Notes: generated by a model from the letters alone, not told the origin. A stretch of DNA of 56,877 nt from Prevotellaceae bacterium (GCA_031288865.1 JAITQN010000037.1:1-56877); one strand, 5' to 3'; shown: positions 44,039-53,084, numbered from the stretch's first letter. Translations and numbers: made by a program.

Positions 44039-45760
44039 ATGAAAAATATCCAAAATACTATCATTATGCTTGCTGCATGTGCCGTTTCCTGCACCAGTTT
44101 TTCTCCAGAAATAGAGACGGTACTGAAACAGGCGGGTAACAACCGTACCGAGCTTGAGAAGGTGCTGAAGCATTATGGCAAAACCCCTGCCGACAGCCTG
44201 AAACTGCGGGCAGCGGAATTTCTTATCACAAATATGCCGGGCAAACGCTCGGAATATTATGAGGCGCCGTGGAACGATGTGGCAACGGCGCTCCTTCGCT
44301 GGACAAGCTCGTCGGACAAGCAGATGGTGGCGAATACTTACCGTTTGGGTAAACCGGTAATCAAAGAAGACGTAAAGTATATCACCGCCGACTATCTGAT
44401 TAATAACATTGAATTGGCATTCAAAGTATGGCGGGAACAACCCTGGGGCAAATATATTCCTTTCGATGTTTTCTGTGAGGAGATACTGCCCTACCGGTTA
44501 GACATAGAGCCGCTGGAAAACTGGCGGGAAAAAGCGCTGGCAAGTTTCGCCGACCTGAACAGGTCGTTTAAGGACGATTCGACCATCACGGCGGTGGAGG
44601 CTTGCAGCAAGGTGAACGATTTGTTGCCGCGTTTCAGGTTAGACAAAGATTTTCCGGCGATGAACTATTCGCAGTTGATGGCGTCGACAAGAGGACCTTG
44701 CGATGCGATGGCCGCACTGGCTGTTTTCAGCATGAGGGCGCTGGGCATTCCCGTGACATTCGATTTTACGCAACTGTGGCCCAACCTGGGGCATGGACAT
44801 ACGTGGAACACTGTGCGCGACAGTACGGGAAGGCATCTGTCCTTTATGGGGGCTGAATCCAATCCGGGAGTTCCTCACTTGGGGTCAATCGCGCTCAAGA
44901 ACAAGGTGTACCGTAGAACCTTCGCCAAACGTCCCCTCTCGGTAAACGACAAATCCTTTTCGTTGGTTTTCCAAGACAATATCGTAGATGTTTCCGGAGA
45001 ACATGAAGGGTTTTACAAACTCAATATTCCGGTAAAATATCCGCCGGCCGGCCAGGCCGGTTATGCCTACCTGGCGGGCAAACACTTTTCACAGTGGATT
45101 ATCGTCGGATGGGGTGTTATCGACGGCGACACCATCCGGTATGCCCCTGTCGGGAGTCAAGTTCAGTACCTTCCCGTATGGTATGTGGCCGGCGGGCTTC
45201 AACCCGCCGGTGACGTGTTTGCGTTAGACAAGGACGGAAAAATTTTCTCCGTAAGCAACGAACATAAACCCTTTAAAGGACCGCACATCCTTTCAAAAGC
45301 CGCTCCCTGCATTATTCCGATGCGCGATTTCGACATGGGCGGGGAAGGCGTGGCTTTTCATGATATTGACAACTACAATTCTCAGATAGAAGGCGATGAG
45401 TACCGTAGAAGCCACGGCGATATGAACAGTTTTCCGGTGGATGTGGAAAAGGGGACAAATATTGCCTGGTCGGCGCCTGGAGAATGGCTGCTATATACGG
45501 TAGAAGTACGGGATGCCGGAGAATATCAGTTGTCCATCAGCGTATCTACACTGCTGGAGCCCACATTTCACCTGGAGGTGGATAGTCGGAATGTGTCAGG
45601 CCCTATATCCGTATCCCCTACCGGAGGATGGGCCAATTGGACGTGGTATCCCGACAAGCCCCTGCGCATACACCTGACTGCAGGAACTCATCAGATCAAG
45701 TATTACTTGGAATCCGGTGAGAACAATCTTCATGAAATGAAGCTGGAATATAGTAAATAG
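44039..45760 (+). CDS. Transglutaminase-like cysteine-protease-fold protein with C-terminal CBM6/35-like domain
   Basis: Core CDAMAALAVFSMRALGIPV ... GHGHTWNTVRD (Cys...His...Asp). C-terminal GEWLLYTVEVRDAGEYQLSISV ... TGGWANWTW ... LTAGTHQIKY is typical of CBM6-type modules. Confidence 0.75.
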   Translation: MKNIQNTIIMLAACAVSCTSFSPEIETVLKQAGNNRTELEKVLKHYGKTPADSLKLRAAEFLITNMPGKRSEYYEAPWNDVATALLRWTSSSDKQMVANTYRLGKPVIKEDVKYITADYLINNIELAFKVWREQPWGKYIPFDVFCEEILPYRLDIEPLENWREKALASFADLNRSFKDDSTITAVEACSKVNDLLPRFRLDKDFPAMNYSQLMASTRGPCDAMAALAVFSMRALGIPVTFDFTQLWPNLGHGHTWNTVRDSTGRHLSFMGAESNPGVPHLGSIALKNKVYRRTFAKRPLSVNDKSFSLVFQDNIVDVSGEHEGFYKLNIPVKYPPAGQAGYAYLAGKHFSQWIIVGWGVIDGDTIRYAPVGSQVQYLPVWYVAGGLQPAGDVFALDKDGKIFSVSNEHKPFKGPHILSKAAPCIIPMRDFDMGGEGVAFHDIDNYNSQIEGDEYRRSHGDMNSFPVDVEKGTNIAWSAPGEWLLYTVEVRDAGEYQLSISVSTLLEPTFHLEVDSRNVSGPISVSPTGGWANWTWYPDKPLRIHLTAGTHQIKYYLESGENNLHEMKLEYSK

Positions 45761-45807
45761 TGGTTAAGAATTATGAATGCTCAATATCTCTACACTAAAA
45801 ATATTCG

Positions 45808-46236
45808 TATCTTTGCTCGGCGTTATTTCCAAATAATGTCGAATTTAAAGTGCGATTCCTGTTTTGCAAAAATGCAAATAGATTTTGATATTTTATTGTG
45901 ATATGCGATAAGAAGATTGATGTTGTTTATATTGAATGCCATAGGAATTAACACAAGGTTGCTATGCATATCTGCATATCCGAGACAAGCAGAACTGCGA
46001 GACTTAAACCTCTGTGGTAGACAAAATCAAACTGCGATTTCGTAATACAGGAAAGCATGTACTATTTGGGAATTTGGGAAAAACAAATTCACCTGAGATA
46101 GCCTTTGCCATAGCTTTCCTTGTTGGCAAGGGTGATAACAGTTCGAAAGAGAGCCCTTAAAGGAAACGTAAAGGTTTGATGCGAAAAAGAGCCATTGATA
46201 AAAAACTGATTTTAGAAACAATAAAAACTAAAAACT
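45808..46236 (+). promoter_or_regulatory. Long conserved leader, type 1, copy A (putative -7 box TATCTTTG plus ~420-nt 5' UTR)
   Basis: Near-identical by eye to 48035-48474 apart from scattered substitutions and small indels. Conservation begins at about the TAnnTTTG-like box (45808-45815) and runs to the NVEALA start codon. Confidence 0.6.
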
Positions 46237-46584
46237 ATGAGAAAAAATGTTTTGGGCTTAATAGCCTTATTCGTAGTTGCAATTGTGGCTGCATGGAATG
46301 TGAGTTTAAACTCGCAAAATAATAAATTATCGGGGCTTTCCTTGGCCAATATAGAAGCCTTGGCGGAAGGGAATGAAGAGGAAAATAATAAGCCTACATG
46401 GCAAGTAGGAGAAAAAACAATTCAAACAACTACTTCTCCGGGATGGGAATGGGATGTTTCAGTGAACGGATGGTTCTTTAACGGGAAAAGGACTTCTAGT
46501 AAACCTCCAGAAATCACAACAGTGAAAATTAAATGTTGTAGAGCACAAGGAGACGTGACATCTTGTTCATACGAATCTTGCTAA
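46237..46584 (+). CDS. NVEALA-motif small secreted/anchored peptide 1 (115 aa; 4 Cys in the variable C-terminus)
   Basis: MRKNVLGLIALFVVAIVAAW (n+h region), NVSLNSQNNKLSGLSLANIEALAEG, then a unique tail ending ...KCCRAQGDVTSCSYESC. Confidence 0.8.
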   Translation: MRKNVLGLIALFVVAIVAAWNVSLNSQNNKLSGLSLANIEALAEGNEEENNKPTWQVGEKTIQTTTSPGWEWDVSVNGWFFNGKRTSSKPPEITTVKIKCCRAQGDVTSCSYESC

Positions 46585-46665
46585 AGAATTGGGGCCATTT
46601 CAATAAAATGTATTTGTTATTTTTTGTTTTGGCCTCTAATTATAATTTATTATTTTAAATTAATT

Positions 46666-47859
46666 ATGACAAAATATTGTTTAACTTATATTATTGTAAT
46701 CTTACTGTTTGTGTTGGCAAATTCCTGTGATAATAATAAAACAGGGAAAACATCAGCGGAATATGATATGATAAAAGTAGATATCAATCAAACAGGAATA
46801 TTAGACTACAATGATTATTTTGCTTCAGTAAATTTGACGCCGCTTGAAACAAATGAGGAATCATTAATCGCTCAAATTGATAAACTGTATATTACAGACA
46901 AATATATAATTATTTTCGATCAAAAAGCGATGAACATATTACTTTTTGAAATTAACGGCAGATTTCTTAATAAGATTGGTTCTAAGGGTAATGGTCCGGA
47001 CGAATATGCTTTTTTTAATGATATCCAGTTTAACAAAAAAGATTCCATGATATATGCTCATGAACGTTTTCGGAATTGTATATATACATACGATCTTTCA
47101 GGAAAGCTAATAAAGAAAAGTTCTCGGTCAAAAATTTCTTTCAATTCGTTTTACAAAACAGATGAAGGATATTGGGTTTACAGTTGCTTCGAAAGCGGTA
47201 ATCCGGAAAAACATAATTTGATGTTATTAGACGAAGATTTAGAGCGCGTCAAAAAAGCATTTTTCCCACAAGAGAGTTTTATAAATACAACATTTTCTTC
47301 TACATTCATTACAGATGAGAAAGAGAAAGTATTCTTTATTTACCCTTCAAGCAATATCATATATGAATTATTACGGGAAGATGCACTCCCATTTGCACAA
47401 ATTGACTTTGGGAACAAGACAATGCCATACAAGCAGATTACTCAACTGAAAAACATGGATGAATACGATAAACTGATCGCCGATAAGAAATATTTGGGCA
47501 ACATTTCTAATTACAAAATCAATCAAAATTATTTTTTCTTCTCTTTCAGTGAAACAGGATTTAATGTGACTGTACCTATGTATAACTGTTTCTATAATTT
47601 CTCCACAAAAGAGGTGAATATTTATAAAAATCCATTTATTGCATCCATGAATTATCCTGTATCCTCCTATTTATTATATGCTTCTGATGATGTGCTTATT
47701 TACCCTATCTACCCAATGATATTGTCAGATGATAGTTTTGACATTTTGAGCAAAACTTTATCTGCAGATATCCAATATGATTCAAATCCCATTTTAGCCA
47801 TGTCTAAATTAAAAAACAAGCGCGAACAAATAACTGAAATTCACGAGAAATGCCATTAA
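46666..47859 (+). CDS. Six-bladed-beta-propeller-type lipoprotein, paralog 1
   Basis: ATG 46666, lipobox FVLANSCDNN. Blocks LTPLETNEESLIAQIDKLYITDKYIIIFD, FEINGRFL and SKGNGPDEY. Confidence 0.8.
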   Translation: MTKYCLTYIIVILLFVLANSCDNNKTGKTSAEYDMIKVDINQTGILDYNDYFASVNLTPLETNEESLIAQIDKLYITDKYIIIFDQKAMNILLFEINGRFLNKIGSKGNGPDEYAFFNDIQFNKKDSMIYAHERFRNCIYTYDLSGKLIKKSSRSKISFNSFYKTDEGYWVYSCFESGNPEKHNLMLLDEDLERVKKAFFPQESFINTTFSSTFITDEKEKVFFIYPSSNIIYELLREDALPFAQIDFGNKTMPYKQITQLKNMDEYDKLIADKKYLGNISNYKINQNYFFFSFSETGFNVTVPMYNCFYNFSTKEVNIYKNPFIASMNYPVSSYLLYASDDVLIYPIYPMILSDDSFDILSKTLSADIQYDSNPILAMSKLKNKREQITEIHEKCH

Positions 47860-48034
47860 GAACCTTTGATTGAAAATGCACCGTAATCCGGCTCTGATCT
47901 GTACAGGCTGATAAAATGCCTTATTGTCAGATGATTATTGATAAAAAAAGCATCTCCGCATAATTTTACTATACAGTAGTGATAAATTTTCTCAAAGAAT
48001 TTCTATTTGTTTGAGTATGAATTAAAAATATTTG

Positions 48035-48474
48035 TATCTTTGCTCGGCGTTATTTCCAAATAATGTCGAATTTAAAGTGCGATTCCTGTTTTGCAAAAAT
48101 GCAAAAAAATGTAAATAGATTTTGATATTTTATTGTGATATGCGATGAGAAGGTTGATGTTGTTTATATTGAATGTTATAGAGGTTGACAGGGCACTGTT
48201 AAGCATATCTGCATATCCAGAAGAAACGGGGATGCGGAACTTAAACCTCTGTGGCAGACAAAATCAAACTGCGATTTCGCAATACAGGAAAGCATATACT
48301 ATTTGGGAATTGGGGGAAAACAAGTTCACCTGAGTTAGCCCTTGCCATAGCTTTCCTTGTTGACAAGGGTGATAACGGCTCGAAAGAGAACCTTTAAAGG
48401 AAACGTAAAGGTTTGACACGAAAAAAGAACCATTGATAAAAAACTGATTTTAGAAACAATAAGAACTAAATGCT
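48035..48474 (+). promoter_or_regulatory. Long conserved leader, type 1, copy B
   Basis: TTTG (48010-48013), N21, TATCTTTG (48035-48042), then ~430 nt collinear with copy A. Confidence 0.6.
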
Positions 48475-48732
48475 ATGAGAAAAAATGTTTTGGGCTTAAT
48501 AGCCTTGTTTGTAGTTGCAATTGTGGCTGCATGGAATGTGAGTTTAAACTCGCAAAATAATCAATTGTCCGGGATTTCTTTAGCCAATGTAGAAGCCTTG
48601 GCGGAAGAAAACAATGATCATAAGTATGAAAACAAAAGGATAAATGAAATAACTATTCATGATGATGCAACCGGAACATATAAGAAAATAGCAGTGATAG
48701 AATGTGAAGGTAGTGGAAATCTTGATTGTTAA
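48475..48732 (+). CDS. NVEALA-motif peptide 2 (85 aa; 2 Cys)
   Basis: The constant N-terminus differs from peptide 1 at two residues before the LANVEALA motif (K30Q, L34I) and by I39V within it. LSGISLANVEALAEE, then a unique tail ...VIECEGSGNLDC. Confidence 0.8.
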   Translation: MRKNVLGLIALFVVAIVAAWNVSLNSQNNQLSGISLANVEALAEENNDHKYENKRINEITIHDDATGTYKKIAVIECEGSGNLDC

Positions 48733-48938
48733 ATAAAACTTGATTATGGGAGGCTATATCGAAAGTCATTTTCACCTGTCATTGCAAATATAACGAAACA
48801 AAGATAGACATTTTTTTGGTATTGCTTAATGTCTATTTGTTATAGATATACAGAAATAATATAAAGTAATATTTACAAGGATAGTGAGTCAAGCCAGTCC
48901 CAAGAAATAATTTTTGAAATAGCCTCATAATAATTGAA

Positions 48939-50111
48939 ATGAAAAATTTACTTTGTATTACAGCATGTTTTAGTTTATTGATTGTAATTATTTCATGCAA
49001 CAGGACACGGGAAAAACATATCCGGAACAATTACGAAACGGATAAAATCGTTGTTGATATTAATAGGGAAGACAAGTCATCCTTTGACGATTTTTTTGAA
49101 TATTCGCATCATATTGTATTACAAACAACTGACAATTCCTTGATTTCAAGAATAGATAAAATGCAAATCAGGAATGACAGACTGTACATATTAGACAGAA
49201 CGGGGGTCATACTTGTGTTTGATACAAACGGAAATTTTATAAAAAGGATTAATCATAAGGGACAATCCGGTATGGAATATATAAGCGCCCACGATTTTGA
49301 GATAGATACGGAAGATAATCTATATATCTGCGATTTTCTTGGAAGTAAAATTCTGAAATACGATAAAAATGACGAATTTATTACGGCAATTAAACTTCCT
49401 GTAAAAAGTCCTTCATTTAAATTAATGGGAAAAGATTGTTATGCATTTGACCTCCGTAATGGAGCGAATACTTCGGGGGAAAAAACTTTTTTTAATTATT
49501 TATATTATAAGAATGGATATATCACTTGTAAAGCATTGCCTTTCAATCCAAACCTGCAAGGTCATAGCTTTTCTTACGGTTATGGATTGTCTTCATTCTA
49601 TTTGTATAACAAAAAAACATTTTTGACAAGTACGATGAACGACACCGTTTATACTATTAATGAAAATGGATTCCCAATACCGTTTGCAATCTATGAATTT
49701 GGCCTTAAAAAACCGGAATTATCTTTTTCAAAAGAGGAAATTGAACAATATCTAAGGGAACAACAACGAGGAAATAAGATATCCGGCATCTATTGTTTTT
49801 ATTTGTTTAATGATTTTCTTTTCATTTGTTTTGATTACCGGGGGCAAACTAATTATGTAATATCAAAAATAAATGAATCTCCGTTATTTATCGGAAAATT
49901 TGGTTATGATAAAAATGGATTATGTATTATTCCAATTGCATACTTGTCTGATTTTCGGCAACCTCAGTTAGCAACAATTATTGATCCGGATTATTTGTCA
50001 AGTTTACTAAAAAAACGAAAAGCCACAGATAATTCTGATTTACTGTTGAGCATGCAAAAATCAGTTGTAGAAGAGGATAATCCTATTTTGGTTTTTTATA
50101 ACTGGAAATAA
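48939..50111 (+). CDS. Six-bladed-beta-propeller-type lipoprotein, paralog 2
   Basis: Lipobox LIVIISCNRT. Blocks LQTTDNSLISRIDKMQIRNDRLYILD, FDTNGNFI and HKGQSGMEY. Confidence 0.8.
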   Translation: MKNLLCITACFSLLIVIISCNRTREKHIRNNYETDKIVVDINREDKSSFDDFFEYSHHIVLQTTDNSLISRIDKMQIRNDRLYILDRTGVILVFDTNGNFIKRINHKGQSGMEYISAHDFEIDTEDNLYICDFLGSKILKYDKNDEFITAIKLPVKSPSFKLMGKDCYAFDLRNGANTSGEKTFFNYLYYKNGYITCKALPFNPNLQGHSFSYGYGLSSFYLYNKKTFLTSTMNDTVYTINENGFPIPFAIYEFGLKKPELSFSKEEIEQYLREQQRGNKISGIYCFYLFNDFLFICFDYRGQTNYVISKINESPLFIGKFGYDKNGLCIIPIAYLSDFRQPQLATIIDPDYLSSLLKKRKATDNSDLLLSMQKSVVEEDNPILVFYNWK

Positions 50112-50240
50112 AAACACGAAAACTTATGCAGGAAGGATTATACACATGCAACAGACAAAAAATATCATTCAATCTAATTCAATAACATTTCGATTAATTT
50201 TGAGATTGTCGCAATTTTAATATAACAAATACAATAATAG

Positions 50241-51212
50241 ATGAAAATATTAGTATTAATCTGTTTATCAATAGCAGTATTTATCTCATCGTGTCAAAAA
50301 GGCGAAAATGTATCCGGTAACACAATTCCTATAGAGTTGCCGGCAGAGGCGATAAATAGTAAAGAAATAGCAGAGAGTGAAGATGAATATTTCGATTCAA
50401 TGAAATATATTCAATTAGAATCAAAAGAAGACATTACTTTAGGTAAAATTGATAAGATTTTAATTACGGAAAACCGGATATATATATTGGATATTTTCAA
50501 ATATGGCGGTGTGATTATTTATGACAGGGAAGGACAAATTGTAAATGCAATAGACAGAAGAGGGCAAGGACCGGAAGAATACAATTATATTTTCGGGATT
50601 TTCTATGACCAGCAGGATAGTACAATCAATCTTTTGTGCCGGTATCCGAATAAAATAATGAAATTCGATCAAGACGGCTATCTTCTTATCAAACAAATTG
50701 AACTTCCTGTTGCTTTAATTGATATTAAAAAATCAACTGATGGGTATTACATAGGCTATGCAGGTTCTTCTTCTATCAATAATTCATACTCTATTTATAT
50801 CTTTTCGGAAAAGTTTAAGCTTGTTGCTTCCGAATACCCCAACCACAAGGAATGGCAAATATACAGAATGGACAATACCTTGTCGTCCTATTCGGACAAT
50901 ATTTATTTTACTCCAATGTATGGATATACCGTCTATACAATAAAGGAGAAGAGTATCGCGCCGCTTTACGTGTATGATTTCGGTAAAAATAATAAAGTTT
51001 TGATGGTTGGCAATCCGGTATTGAATCCGAAAATCTGGAAATTATATAAACAGACTGTTTCCGGACAAACGCAAACAGCAATAAATACAGAAACAATATT
51101 TTTAACAAATGTTGTTGTTGAACAGCCGGAAGAAATAGGCGCTTTTCACAAAACGATTCGAGTGCATTGTAATGTGGAAAACAGGGATCACCGGAGTTTG
51201 TCTTTGCCATAG
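50241..51212 (+). CDS. Six-bladed-beta-propeller-type lipoprotein, paralog 3 (short; 3' end apparently replaced)
   Basis: Lipobox VFISSCQKGE. Blocks LESKEDITLGKIDKILITENRIYILD and RRGQGPEEY. Only 323 aa; the last codons run into the copy-C leader repeat (from ~51175). Confidence 0.65.
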   Translation: MKILVLICLSIAVFISSCQKGENVSGNTIPIELPAEAINSKEIAESEDEYFDSMKYIQLESKEDITLGKIDKILITENRIYILDIFKYGGVIIYDREGQIVNAIDRRGQGPEEYNYIFGIFYDQQDSTINLLCRYPNKIMKFDQDGYLLIKQIELPVALIDIKKSTDGYYIGYAGSSSINNSYSIYIFSEKFKLVASEYPNHKEWQIYRMDNTLSSYSDNIYFTPMYGYTVYTIKEKSIAPLYVYDFGKNNKVLMVGNPVLNPKIWKLYKQTVSGQTQTAINTETIFLTNVVVEQPEEIGAFHKTIRVHCNVENRDHRSLSLP

Positions 51213-51328
51213 CTTTCCTTGTTGACAAGGGTGATAACAGTTCGAAAGAGAGCCCTTAAAGGAAACGTAAAGGGTTGATGCGAAAAAGAGCCATTGATAA
51301 AAAACTGATTTTAGAAACAATAAAAACT
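51175..51328 (+). promoter_or_regulatory. Leader type 1, copy C (3' ~150 nt only)
   Basis: ...ctttgccatagctttccttgttgacaagggtgataacagttcgaaagagagcccttaaaggaaacgtaaag...aaaactgattttagaaacaataaaaact is collinear with the 3' parts of copies A and B. The upstream ~280 nt are missing. Confidence 0.6.
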
Positions 51329-51643
51329 ATGAGAAAAAATGTTTTGGGCTTAATAGCCTTATTCGTAGTTGCAATTGTGGCTGCATGGAATGTGAGTTTA
51401 AACTCGCAAAATAATCAATTGTTCGGGATTTCGTTAGCCAATGTGGAAGCCTTGGCGGAAGGGAATGAAGAGGATAATACCAAGAAATGCAGCAGAATTG
51501 TTCGTTCATGTACTTGTTCACATCCGGACAAAGGTTTTGTTGGTATGGCCATCCTTGAATGTGAAGAATATATATGGCGTGCTCCAATGGTACAGCAGAC
51601 ATGCAGAACTAGCAGTTGTCCTTACGGTGCAAATTGCTCATGA
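51329..51643 (+). CDS. NVEALA-motif peptide 3 (104 aa; 7 Cys)
   Basis: Start at ATG 51329 (MRKNVLGLIALFVV...). The first 87 nt are identical to peptide 1. LFGISLANVEALAEGNEED, then a unique Cys-rich tail ...CSRIVRSCTCSHPD...CRTSSCPYGANCS. Confidence 0.8.
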   Translation: MRKNVLGLIALFVVAIVAAWNVSLNSQNNQLFGISLANVEALAEGNEEDNTKKCSRIVRSCTCSHPDKGFVGMAILECEEYIWRAPMVQQTCRTSSCPYGANCS

Positions 51644-51649
51644 AATAGT

Positions 51650-51696
51650 AACAGTGTAACAATTTGAAATTGATTATTTCAAATTGTTACACTGTT
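51650..51696 (+). promoter_or_regulatory. Perfect 21-bp-stem hairpin between peptide 3 and its propeller gene
   Basis: AACAGTGTAACAATTTGAAAT (51650-51670), loop tgatt, ATTTCAAATTGTTACACTGTT (51676-51696). No T-run follows. Confidence 0.7.
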
Positions 51697-51713
51697 CGAT
51701 AAATATATTATGT

Positions 51714-52808
51714 ATGAAAAATTTGAGTATAATCATATTAGGAACACTTGCCGCATCTTGTATTCAATGCGATAGCAGGAATATACATACTGATACTGTA
51801 CATATACCCTCAGCCGTCGATAAAATGATGGTAACGGATGATTTGTTCGATAATTTCGAGTTTATTCCATTAGAAACTTCCGAAGAAAGTTTATTTGGAT
51901 ATATAGACAAAATCATCATTCATAACGATAAATTCTATATACTTGACAAAACAAAAACAAGAAGAATTAATGTTTTTAATTCCAATGGTAAATTTAGTCA
52001 TACTATAGGGAAACGTGGTGATGGGCCGGAAGAATATACAAAAATAGAAGATTTTACAATCGACGAGAAAAACGGTCAGGTTATTATTCTTTCTTTTCCT
52101 TCAATTCTTTACAGATATGATTTGGAGGGGAATTTTATGGAAAGGAAAAAAATATCTGATTATTTGTTATGGCATATTTGTTATGATGGCGCTGAAGGTT
52201 TTTTATGTTCTACCGATTATCAATCGTCTGAAAGTGATTATTTGATCCATCATTATGATAAGGATTTTACTTTAAAAGATCGAAAAATAAAATCAACAAA
52301 CGGAATTGTAGCTATGCCGCCTCTTAATATTAATCCTTTTATAAAAGATGGGGATAAAATATCTTATTTTGATTTTTACACGTCAACATTACATTGGAAT
52401 ATTTTAAATGCGGAAGAAAAACAAATAGTGTTTGAGTTTGGAAATAAAAAAGTCCCATTTGAAGCCTATAAAGATCCCATGCGATTTTATGAGAAACAAC
52501 AGGATTATAATTTTTTTATAACAGCAGTTATCGACAAAGGATTGTTTTGGTCATCATACAGCAATCACGGTCAAGGCGCAAATATTTTAATAACAGACAT
52601 TACTAATGGCAAAAAAATATTATTGAAAGATTCCCGGTTCTTGGAGATATTATGTTGTCATGACAGTTATTTTTATCAAGCATACTCCCCATTAACGTTT
52701 TTGGAAGGAAATTTTAATTTTTCTGCCAAAGTAATATCAGATTACAGTGTTGAGTTTGACAGTAATCTTATGATCTTGAGATTTAAGGCCAGGCGAGTTT
52801 TTAATTAG
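51714..52808 (+). CDS. Six-bladed-beta-propeller-type lipoprotein, paralog 4
   Basis: ATG 51714, lipobox LAASCIQCDS. Blocks IPLETSEESLFGYIDKIIIHNDKFYILD, FNSNGKF and KRGDGPEEY. Confidence 0.8.
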   Translation: MKNLSIIILGTLAASCIQCDSRNIHTDTVHIPSAVDKMMVTDDLFDNFEFIPLETSEESLFGYIDKIIIHNDKFYILDKTKTRRINVFNSNGKFSHTIGKRGDGPEEYTKIEDFTIDEKNGQVIILSFPSILYRYDLEGNFMERKKISDYLLWHICYDGAEGFLCSTDYQSSESDYLIHHYDKDFTLKDRKIKSTNGIVAMPPLNINPFIKDGDKISYFDFYTSTLHWNILNAEEKQIVFEFGNKKVPFEAYKDPMRFYEKQQDYNFFITAVIDKGLFWSSYSNHGQGANILITDITNGKKILLKDSRFLEILCCHDSYFYQAYSPLTFLEGNFNFSAKVISDYSVEFDSNLMILRFKARRVFN

Positions 52809-52820
52809 AAGATTTGATTT

Positions 52821-53084
52821 ATGAGAAAACATTTCACTCTCCTTGTAATTATCGTAGCGATACTTACTGTATTGTTAGCATATTCGACTTTAGGTTTAGT
52901 AAAAATGAAGAAGAATTATATACAAACAGAAAATATAATTATAAAACAAGCAGATATGATTTATATTCTGACCGATTTTATAAAAGTTTCATGTAAACTT
53001 AATAAAACAAAACTTATTAACTGTCAGCTGTTTGATGAAAACAACTTGAGTATGTCAAAAACTCTTTTTTCATGTTCTCAATAG
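52821..53084 (+). CDS. Small single-TM protein (87 aa), possibly an N-terminal relic of a thioredoxin-fold paralog
   Basis: N-terminal TM (FTLLVIIVAILTVLLAY), then KMKKN..., with the same layout as 54303-54911 (TM, then RMKSKQ...). It ends ...KTLFSCSQ, where the longer protein has ...LVLCFSENSCDEC. The similarity is weak. Confidence 0.4.
   Translation: MRKHFTLLVIIVAILTVLLAYSTLGLVKMKKNYIQTENIIIKQADMIYILTDFIKVSCKLNKTKLINCQLFDENNLSMSKTLFSCSQ

Noticed and set aside
46027-46221. Conserved-looking minus-strand ORFs MFLKSVFYQWLFFAS(N/T)LYVSFKGSLSNCYHPCQQGKLWQR... at 46027-46221 and 51102-51320.
   Set aside because: They lie within leader type 1, so the conservation is explained by the DNA repeat. 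Leader copy B has no counterpart of 60 aa or more in the ORF track, so the frame is not maintained.
48145-48333. 62-aa + strand ORF inside leader copy B.
   Set aside because: There is no equivalent open frame in the otherwise collinear leader copy A, so it is probably non-coding.
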